This document shows positions 41,547-48,677 of a DNA stretch of 64,000 bases, one piece after another. The stretch's first letter is position 1. Each line of letters begins with the position of its first letter. The translations under genes were made by a program, and so were the position numbers. Below the pieces are notes generated by a model. The model was not told where the DNA came from. It made no database searches and worked only from the letters and a program-made list of their open reading frames with translations. Location: NCBI GenBank assembly GCA_043788365.1, contig JAYVTZ010000013.1, forward strand, positions 11,071-75,070. Direction: 5' to 3'. Source of the stretch: Burkholderiaceae bacterium (GTDB taxonomy: Bacteria; Patescibacteriota; Saccharimonadia; Saccharimonadales; AQU-01).

Positions 41547-41560
41547 GTTAAACAAGAAAT

Positions 41561-41597
41561 AAATAAACCACCGCCATAATGTCGGTGGTTTATTTAT
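41561..41597. terminator. bidirectional intrinsic terminator between convergent genes
   Basis: AACCACCG (41566-41573) / CGGTGGTT (41583-41590), flanked by an A-run and a T-run. Confidence 0.7.
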
Positions 41598-41612
41598 AAT
41601 AAATCGCTATTT

Positions 41613-41885
41613 TTAGACTACAGTTACTTCAGTACGACCAGTGCTGGCGCCAGTGAAGCGCTTAACGCGGCGAACTTTGTATTCAACGACACCGTCGCGG
41701 TTAGCAAAAATCGTGTAGTCACGACCAAGGCTAGTGCCGACACCAGAACGCTTAGTTAGACCAACTTGGCGAATGATAACTTGACCGGTTTTAACTTTTT
41801 GGCCACCAGATACTTTAACGCCTAGTCTTTGACCGGGACTGTCTCTATTATTTTTACTGGTTCCACCAGCTTTGACATGTGACAT
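41613..41885 (-). CDS. rpmA: 50S ribosomal protein L27
   Basis: MSHVKAGGTSKNNRDSPGQRLGVK matches the L27 N-terminus. There is no Prp-type propeptide. Confidence 0.95.
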   Translation of the reverse strand: MSHVKAGGTSKNNRDSPGQRLGVKVSGGQKVKTGQVIIRQVGLTKRSGVGTSLGRDYTIFANRDGVVEYKVRRVKRFTGASTGRTEVTVV

Positions 41886-42051
41886 CTAATTTATTCCTTA
41901 CTGCGGCCTGTCTCAGGCGACGCATTACTTCGTTGCCGACTCCGGTTCGCGCTCACCGTACGTTCCTGTACGGCTCACTTGCGGTCCTCGTCGTCGCCTA
42001 GTACTGCATTCACCTGAGACAGGCCTTAACAGTGTTAGGCAGAAGGGCAAC
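41886..42051 (-). promoter_or_regulatory. 165-nt structured leader upstream of rpmA (candidate r-protein autoregulatory element or small ncRNA)
   Basis: A 13-bp long-range stem (GGCCTGTCTCAGG 41905-41917 with CCTGAGACAGGCC 42013-42025) encloses GGCGACG/CGTCGCC and the hairpin CCGTAC-N6-GTACGG (41956-41973). Confidence 0.5.
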
Positions 42052-43263
42052 TCACTTTTTCTGTAAAACTACTAGTTCACGGGCGACGATTTGGCCATCA
42101 CGGTGATAAACCAGATCTTTATTGTCGACGTGCACAAAACTCAATCGATTGTACCCTATATCTGTTAAAGAATCAAGTAGGGGCAGGTGTTTTATGGTGC
42201 CACGGACCGACCAGGCCGGCACTGCTAGGCATAATCTAAAACCTGATTCAATTTGAGGAGCCAGGTTTTGTAAAAACTTTTTATGGATGTAGTTACAGTC
42301 GGTAATTATCTCTTTTAGGTCGTTATCTGACGGACTAGAGGATAGCGCTCGACCCAAATATGTCTCGCCAGCGACAACCTCAAACTTTTGTGACCACGCG
42401 GTTTGCATGGCATCACCAACTTCTGTCCGCCACGATACTTCTGGGATTGCAAAATTTTTACCTAGCCAAGTCATATTTTCGTCGCTGTATTCGATCATGC
42501 GTGGTTCTAGGTCGGTTCCGTAGGCGTCATAACCCTGGAGCAGGGCTTCTTGGAGCATGACTCCGGTGCCGCAAAATGGATCGAGCACAGTTTTATGTTT
42601 TGGCTCGTGTGGGCCGCAAACGTCGCCAGCTGGTTCGGCTGGCCCGACCGCTAGATTCAAGATTGTTTGAGCCAGTTTTGGTGGCAGCATGCCGACACGG
42701 GCATCGCGCATCGGCCGACCTTGGTCACGCTTGGCATAGGCTTCGATATTTTGTTCGGCGATGTTTTGGGCTAAGATAGTTTTGTTGCCGTCACGGACAA
42801 AAATAAGTTCCCAACCCAGCGCGCTAGTTAGCTGATTGTGTAGGACTTGGGCGCTGTTGAGAGCCGACTCATTATTTGGAATAACCCGAATCGAGCGACC
42901 ACTTTTTTTGATAATCTTTTTTAGCGACAGAGCAGTGTAGTTTATCTGCTTAACACCTGGGTTTAGGCCATAAACACTCAGACCTAGCTTCATTTTGCCT
43001 TCGGGCAAATCGGTGGCGTGGGGTACGACGTTATCTTCTAGAAACTTTTGCAGCTTTGACCACTCGGTAGTCTCTAAAATAGTTAAAACCTTGCAAAACT
43101 TAACCGTGCCGCCGAGCCGGCTAAAGTCGATGTCTTTTGGCTCAAGATTAAGCAGGGCAGCGTAACTAGCAATCGGACGTAAATTAGTGGCGCCGTATAA
43201 ACTTTCTAGCTCAGCCAGACCTAGCGCTGGTTGGCGCCCCAAGATACATAGTGTTTGAATCAT
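42052..43263 (-). CDS. class I SAM-dependent methyltransferase (UPF0020/Trm11-like, probably RNA)
   Basis: Motif I is VLDPFCGTGVMLQEA followed by YGTDLEP. Motif IV is atypical (GETYLG rather than D/NPPY). Confidence 0.5.
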   Translation of the reverse strand: MIQTLCILGRQPALGLAELESLYGATNLRPIASYAALLNLEPKDIDFSRLGGTVKFCKVLTILETTEWSKLQKFLEDNVVPHATDLPEGKMKLGLSVYGLNPGVKQINYTALSLKKIIKKSGRSIRVIPNNESALNSAQVLHNQLTSALGWELIFVRDGNKTILAQNIAEQNIEAYAKRDQGRPMRDARVGMLPPKLAQTILNLAVGPAEPAGDVCGPHEPKHKTVLDPFCGTGVMLQEALLQGYDAYGTDLEPRMIEYSDENMTWLGKNFAIPEVSWRTEVGDAMQTAWSQKFEVVAGETYLGRALSSSPSDNDLKEIITDCNYIHKKFLQNLAPQIESGFRLCLAVPAWSVRGTIKHLPLLDSLTDIGYNRLSFVHVDNKDLVYHRDGQIVARELVVLQKK

Positions 43264-43270
43264 TGGCTAT

Positions 43271-43295
43271 ATTATACCCTGTAATGCGTTATAAT
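43271..43295. promoter_or_regulatory. back-to-back -10 boxes for divergent leaderless genes
   Basis: ATTATA (43271-43276, TATAAT on the minus strand) lies 7 nt from the minus-strand ATG at 43263. TATAAT (43290-43295) lies 8 nt from the ATG at 43304. Confidence 0.5.
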
Positions 43296-43303
43296 GTAGA
43301 GCA

Positions 43304-44353
43304 ATGAGCGAAACCCACTTCTTAAGACGTAACTGGAAAATGATATTTAATATCATTACGATTGGCGCCATGATTGGCCTAGGCGTAGCGCTAAGGCACC
43401 AGATACTCACGACGATTGAAAATTTTGGCAAAGTTAATGCTTGGGCAATTCTACTGATGATTCCGCTCGAAGCCTGGAATTATGATGCCTATGCTAGGAT
43501 GTACCGGTCGTTCTTTAAAACTCTAGGTAACGAGACTACCTACCGCGAAATGTATAAAGTGTCGCTAGAGTTAAATTTAATTAACCATCTTTTCCCAAGC
43601 GGTGGAGTGTCAGGTTTTTCGTACTTTAGTCTAAGACTTAAGAAGCTTGGAATTTCGACGGGCAAGGCAACACTGGTCCAAACCATGCGTTTTGTATTTT
43701 TGTTTTTGTCATTTGAGATTTTATTATTCTTCGGTATCATTGCTCTCGCCATTGGTGGTCACGTCAATAGCTTCACAATTTTGGTGGCTGGCTCAATTGC
43801 GACATTCTTGATAATGAGTACAATCGGTCTGGCGTTCATAGTCAGTAGTTTGAACCGTATCAATACTTTCTTTGCCGCTATTACCAAATTCTTTAACCGA
43901 ATTATTCACATCGTTAGACCTAAGCACCCCGAGACAATTAATGTCGCCAAAGTTAAGCATATGTTTACCGACCTGCACGAAAACTACTTAATCTTGCGTG
44001 CTGATTATCGTCAGCTACTAAAACCGTTTTGGTTCGCACTGATTGCCAACTTTACCGAACTAGTGACCGTCTACATGGTTTATATCGCATTTGGTCATTG
44101 GATAAATCCTGGTGCCTTGGTGCTCGCTTACGCCGTAGCCAACATCGCCGGACTAATATCGGTACTACCTGGCGGTATTGGTATCTATGAAGCCATTATG
44201 ACGGCCGTTTTAGCTGCGGCCGGGATATCACCAGCCATTAGTTTGCCAGTAACTGTTATGTACCGCGTGATTAACATCGCCATTCAAGTCATCCCGGGCT
44301 ACTATTTTTATCACCGCGCTTTTCGGGGTAAGCCAACCAGTGGACGACAATAG
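43304..44353 (+). CDS. UPF0104 / lysylphosphatidylglycerol-synthase-TM-like flippase-type membrane protein
   Basis: Polytopic membrane protein with GLISVLPGGIGIYEAIMTAVL, typical of the family. Confidence 0.6.
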   Translation: MSETHFLRRNWKMIFNIITIGAMIGLGVALRHQILTTIENFGKVNAWAILLMIPLEAWNYDAYARMYRSFFKTLGNETTYREMYKVSLELNLINHLFPSGGVSGFSYFSLRLKKLGISTGKATLVQTMRFVFLFLSFEILLFFGIIALAIGGHVNSFTILVAGSIATFLIMSTIGLAFIVSSLNRINTFFAAITKFFNRIIHIVRPKHPETINVAKVKHMFTDLHENYLILRADYRQLLKPFWFALIANFTELVTVYMVYIAFGHWINPGALVLAYAVANIAGLISVLPGGIGIYEAIMTAVLAAAGISPAISLPVTVMYRVINIAIQVIPGYYFYHRAFRGKPTSGRQ

Positions 44354-45464
44354 TCTCGTATTCAGTGTTAGTGACTTCGTGGCCGTTTTTAATCAAACGC
44401 TGGAGTACGCATACCCTAGTGTAACGATTGTTGGCGAGTTGGCTAATTTTAGAGTTAGTAAAAATCGCTGGGTTTATTTTGACCTCAAAGACGAAGAGTC
44501 GAGTGTTAAGTTTTTTGGTACTGTCTATAATTTACCAGGCCCACTAGAAGATGGATTAAGGCTAGAAGTCAAAGGTTCGCCGAGACTACATTCACTATTT
44601 GGATTTAGCATTAACGTCATAAATATGAAGCCGGTTGGCGAGGGGTCGATCAAAAAAGCCGCCTCGTTACTAGAATCCAAATTACGCCATGAAGGTTTGT
44701 TTGATCCAGAGCGCAAGCGCTCGCTGCCATATCCGCCCAAGACAATCGGCCTGATAACATCATCGGAATCCGCTGCCTACCATGACTTTATTAAGATAAT
44801 AAATGAGCGCTGGGTTGGTATTGATATCCGTCTTTATGATGTTTTGGTCCAGGGCGAGCAGGCAACAGAACAAGTAGTTCAAGCGATTAATTATTTTAGT
44901 CAGCACGCCGACGCACCAGAGGTTATAGTTATGACCCGCGGCGGTGGTAGTGCCGATGATTTAGCCGTCTTTAGTGGCGAACAGGTAACCAGGGCTGTGG
45001 CCGGTAGTCGTGTGCCAACACTGGTCGCAATTGGTCACGAAGTTGATGTTTCACTAGCTGAACTAGCCGCCGATCGAAGAGCCAGTACACCGTCCAATGC
45101 CGCTGAGCTACTGACACCAGATAAAAATGCATCGACCAGGCAGCTCGTCCAAATGTCGATGCAGCTTAGCAACCTAATTACAGCGGTTGTTGGTAGAGCC
45201 GAAGACAGCTTAAGCACGACAGTAACAAGTTACCAAGCTGCAATTAATCAGTTAATACTGAAGTACGAAACCGACCTTGGCCAAAGCCATAGTCTACTAG
45301 TGGCACTTAGCCCACGCGCGGTACTTGGTCGGGGTTACGCAATCGTAAGACAAAGTGGCAGCGTAATCAAATCGGGCAAACATCTAAAAGTACATGATGA
45401 ACTGAGCATTGAATTAAAAGATAGTAATATCACGGTTATAACTAAGGAAGTTAAGGTAAAATAA
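44340..45464 (+). CDS. xseA: exodeoxyribonuclease VII large subunit
   Basis: N-terminal OB fold (VTIVGELANFRVSKNRWVYFDLKD), TRGGGSADDL, IGHEVD. Confidence 0.9.
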   Translation: MDDNSLVFSVSDFVAVFNQTLEYAYPSVTIVGELANFRVSKNRWVYFDLKDEESSVKFFGTVYNLPGPLEDGLRLEVKGSPRLHSLFGFSINVINMKPVGEGSIKKAASLLESKLRHEGLFDPERKRSLPYPPKTIGLITSSESAAYHDFIKIINERWVGIDIRLYDVLVQGEQATEQVVQAINYFSQHADAPEVIVMTRGGGSADDLAVFSGEQVTRAVAGSRVPTLVAIGHEVDVSLAELAADRRASTPSNAAELLTPDKNASTRQLVQMSMQLSNLITAVVGRAEDSLSTTVTSYQAAINQLILKYETDLGQSHSLLVALSPRAVLGRGYAIVRQSGSVIKSGKHLKVHDELSIELKDSNITVITKEVKVK

Positions 45465-45468
45465 GACT

Positions 45469-45657
45469 ATGGCAACAAAAAAAGAATTTGACTATCGCAA
45501 ACTAAACGAAGAGCTAGACAGTATTTTACACGTGCTTCAGTCTGGCGAAGTCGACGTTGAAGTGGCCATTACCAAATATGAACGTGGCATGGCGATAGTC
45601 GAAGAACTGAAAAAGTACCTGAGCACTGCAAAAAACCAAATTAGTCGCGCAAAATAA
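45469..45657 (+). CDS. xseB: exodeoxyribonuclease VII small subunit
   Basis: A 62-aa helical protein immediately after xseA, with LEELDSIL...YERGMAIVEELKKYL. Confidence 0.85.
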   Translation: MATKKEFDYRKLNEELDSILHVLQSGEVDVEVAITKYERGMAIVEELKKYLSTAKNQISRAK

Positions 45658-45705
45658 CCAGCCAGCCACTTGCTACAATCAAGACCATAAGTTACCATAA
45701 ACAGT

Positions 45706-46383
45706 ATGAAGCGATTAAATAACGACGGTGCCTTAAACAGCTTAGCAATCATCTTCTTTTTAACAATCGTACTTTTGATTGGGTCGCTAGTCTTTGGTTT
45801 TTGGGCGTTCATGGGTCGTCAAGACTTCAAGTCTCAATCAGATAAAAAAATTGCTATTGCGGTTGCCGCCGCCGAGAAAAAAACTGCCGCCGCCAAAGAT
45901 GCTGAATATGCTGACAAAGAAAAAAATCAACTAAAAACCTATCTTGGCCCCGTAGCCTATGGTTCAATGAGTTTTAAATATCCAAGAGCCTGGAGTGCGC
46001 TAATTACAGAGGCCGTTTCTGGTACCAATGTGGTTGACGGCTACTTTTATCCAAATTACTTACCGGGCGGTCCGGGCAATGGTACGGTGTCACAAGCGAT
46101 ATCCTATTCGCTCCGTGTGCAAATAATTTCATCAGCATATAGTGACGCCTTGAGGCCGTTTGTACCTGGTGTAACTTCCGGCAAACTCAAAGCTAGACCG
46201 ATTAAGGCGACACTGGCATCAAACACGGTCGGTACTCGTTATGATGGCGAGATATTCCTTGGCAAGCAGGGTAGTATGGCCGTGTTCCCGCTAAGAGACA
46301 AGACGATTCTGGTCTGGACAGAGTCAACTAACTTTTCTTCTGAATTTGAAAATACACTCGCCAGCCTGTCATTTGTGCCGTAA
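45706..46383 (+). CDS. hypothetical membrane-anchored extracytoplasmic protein
   Basis: One N-terminal TM (LAIIFFLTIVLLIGSLVFGFWAF). No recognised domain. Confidence 0.5.
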   Translation: MKRLNNDGALNSLAIIFFLTIVLLIGSLVFGFWAFMGRQDFKSQSDKKIAIAVAAAEKKTAAAKDAEYADKEKNQLKTYLGPVAYGSMSFKYPRAWSALITEAVSGTNVVDGYFYPNYLPGGPGNGTVSQAISYSLRVQIISSAYSDALRPFVPGVTSGKLKARPIKATLASNTVGTRYDGEIFLGKQGSMAVFPLRDKTILVWTESTNFSSEFENTLASLSFVP

Positions 46384-46433
46384 ATACAACACCAAAGTCA
46401 AAGTTAGTTTGATATACTAGAATTTAATAAGTA

Positions 46434-47189
46434 TTGGTATTTGTTTTCGAGAGGGGTTTAATGTCAATGAACCGACATTCGTCTAATTCTAACGTCGATG
46501 GGCGTTTGCTCCAGGCGGTCGTAGAACAGATGAAACTACCCTTAATTCAGATGGCGCGTCAAGCAGAACTAGGGCGCTTAAACGGCAGTCTATTGTCGTC
46601 ACTCGACAACATAGAGCTCGCTGCCGACAGCGCCCTAAGGTTGCTTGATAGTTATTTATTAAGCGCCCGCCTAGCAGAGCAATCACACGTAATCGAGCTT
46701 GAGCCGGTCTCTGTTTCGGCGGTTCTAAATGACATCGCCCACCAGCTAGCGAGAATCGCAAAAGAGGAGCAGTGTGAGCTCCAACTCCATTTGTCGGGCA
46801 GATATGAGCCAGTTGTGGCCCATCGAGCCGCCCTTGAGGCGGCGCTGATTAGTCTTGGTTATAGCATGATTGAGGCCAGAGCTGCGCAGCCAGAATCCGA
46901 CTCTAAACGAATCATCAAACTAGCGGCTCATCGTGGCAAAAGTGGCATTGTGGCCGGTATTTATACTGACACAGAGACTTTATCGGGCGAAGTATTTAGA
47001 CGTGGCCAACAGCTTTACGGCAATAGTCGCCAGTCTTTACCAGAGTTTATAGCAGGTAGTGGGGCAGGCGTCTTTGTGGCTAACGCCTTGTTTGAGTCGA
47101 TGTCGGCAAAGCTCAGGGTCGCTCACCACCAGAGCTTCAGTGGCCTAGCGGCGACTCTATTATCAAGTCAACAACTAAGCCTAATCTAA
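46434..47189 (+). CDS. soluble histidine-kinase-like protein lacking the phospho-acceptor His
   Basis: The DHp-like helix VVEQMKLPLIQMARQ aligns with the H-box xSHELRTPL, placing Glu where His belongs. The degenerate HATPase part ends in GSGAGVFVANALFESM. The start is uncertain (TTG 46434 or ATG 46461/46467). Confidence 0.45.
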   Translation: MVFVFERGLMSMNRHSSNSNVDGRLLQAVVEQMKLPLIQMARQAELGRLNGSLLSSLDNIELAADSALRLLDSYLLSARLAEQSHVIELEPVSVSAVLNDIAHQLARIAKEEQCELQLHLSGRYEPVVAHRAALEAALISLGYSMIEARAAQPESDSKRIIKLAAHRGKSGIVAGIYTDTETLSGEVFRRGQQLYGNSRQSLPEFIAGSGAGVFVANALFESMSAKLRVAHHQSFSGLAATLLSSQQLSLI

Positions 47190-47582
47190 ATGGCTCTGAT
47201 TCTAATAATTGAACCAGACAGGACTCTGGGTAAGATTTATCGTCAAGCGCTAGAAGCCGATGGTCACAAAGTAAGTTTATGTCAGAACGCTCAATCGGCG
47301 ATTAACGCTGTCGACGAAAATCCCCCTAGACTTATAATTCTCGAGCTCGAGCTAGCCACACACAATGGTATCGAATTTCTTTATGAGCTTAGATCGTACA
47401 GCGAATGGCAGACAATTCCAGTACTTATTTTAAGCCACGTTACTCCAGCTAGGTCGGCCCGGCAACCAAGAGCTTGGGGTGACCTGAACATTGTCGGCTA
47501 TATGTACAAGCCCACCACTAAACTCAGTAAGTTAATTTCAAAAGTTAATCTGATACTGGGTGATGAGTTGGCCCATGAATAA
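47190..47582 (+). CDS. receiver-domain protein with Glu at the phospho-acceptor position
   Basis: ILIIEPD, RLIILELELATHNG (E52 where Asp is expected), VLILSH, YMYKP. Confidence 0.65.
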   Translation: MALILIIEPDRTLGKIYRQALEADGHKVSLCQNAQSAINAVDENPPRLIILELELATHNGIEFLYELRSYSEWQTIPVLILSHVTPARSARQPRAWGDLNIVGYMYKPTTKLSKLISKVNLILGDELAHE

Positions 47583-48261
47583 AATAGTCACCCAGGCAAT
47601 CATTCTATCGCGCACAAACTATGGCGAGGCTGATAGAATTATCACAATTTTGACACCCGATAACGGCAAGGTCACGTTGATGTCTAAGGGTGTAAGGCGA
47701 ATTAATAGTAAATTAGCTGGCGGCATCGAACTTTTTTGTTTGAGTGAGATAAGTTATCTGGTCGGCAGGGGCGATATGGGACGACTAATCTCTTCTAGGC
47801 TAGTCAGATACTTTGATAATATTGTCCGTAATATTGATCGCACGATGTACGGCTACGACGTTATCAAGCTGATAAATAAAATTACTGAAGACTTAGCCGG
47901 CAATGAGTACTTCAACCTCCTAAGACAGATGTTGGCGGCAATCAATGACGACACTATAAGCCTTGAGATTCTAAAACTATGGTTTGGCCTGCAACTTTTA
48001 AAACTAACAGGGCATACGCCCAATTTAGTAACTGATAGTAATGATAATAAATTAGATAGTGAGTCGAGTTATGGTTTTAGCGTTCAGGAAATGACTTTTG
48101 AGACGGGTAAGCAGTTTAGTGCCAAACACATTAAGTTACTAAGATTAGGAATCAGCCTTGAGTCGCCAACGGCACTAAGTAAAGTGAACGATATCGATCA
48201 AGTGCTGGCTGATTGCTTAGTCCTGGTCAAGGACATGACCGCCCAGTATCTACGTGTCTGA
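47575..48261 (+). CDS. recO: DNA repair protein RecO
   Basis: The N-terminal OB fold reads TQAIILSRTNYGEADRIITILTPDNGKVTLMSKGVRR. The start was set to ATG 47575, which overlaps the upstream gene by 8 nt. Confidence 0.8.
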   Translation: MNKIVTQAIILSRTNYGEADRIITILTPDNGKVTLMSKGVRRINSKLAGGIELFCLSEISYLVGRGDMGRLISSRLVRYFDNIVRNIDRTMYGYDVIKLINKITEDLAGNEYFNLLRQMLAAINDDTISLEILKLWFGLQLLKLTGHTPNLVTDSNDNKLDSESSYGFSVQEMTFETGKQFSAKHIKLLRLGISLESPTALSKVNDIDQVLADCLVLVKDMTAQYLRV

Positions 48262-48305
48262 AAACACTATCGCTGTAGGCTCTGTTATGAGTTACAATAT
48301 AGCTT

Positions 48306-48677
48306 ATGTTACTTGAGTTTCTGTATTGGTGGTACGGACCAGGTTGGTTAGGTACAGTAAAGCGCATTGGTCACAGGGTAGTGGCGATTATGCAGATTTT
48401 TTCGGTGCCAATTTTACTGGCGACACTATTCTCCCCTTGGAAGAGGATTATTTCTGAGTCAGATGGTTCGTTAGATATGATGGTAAGGAGTGTAGTCGAT
48501 AATGCTGTATCGCGCACTGTCGGTTTTGTCGTCCGAATAATTGTCATATCGACAGCCTTACTATTTACCTCAGTAGCATCGATAGTCGGCTTTTTAATCG
48601 CAGTGTTATGGCCGCTCTTACCAGTTACTGCCATGGCTAGTTTACTTATGGCTATATTCGGAGGACTGGTAAAATGA
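48306..48677 (+). CDS. hypothetical small membrane protein (about 3 TM)
   Basis: Hydrophobic segments. Its stop overlaps the start of the Clp-like gene (ATGA). Confidence 0.5.
   Translation: MLLEFLYWWYGPGWLGTVKRIGHRVVAIMQIFSVPILLATLFSPWKRIISESDGSLDMMVRSVVDNAVSRTVGFVVRIIVISTALLFTSVASIVGFLIAVLWPLLPVTAMASLLMAIFGGLVK

Noticed and set aside
41905-42025. Small bacterial SRP (4.5S) RNA
   Set aside because: The size and long-hairpin shape fit, and the apical loop contains GGAA. However, the conserved domain IV sequence (…GGUCC-GGAA-GGAAGCAGC…) is not recognisable. The element also abuts the rpmA SD. I kept it as a leader or unknown ncRNA; a covariance-model search is needed to decide.
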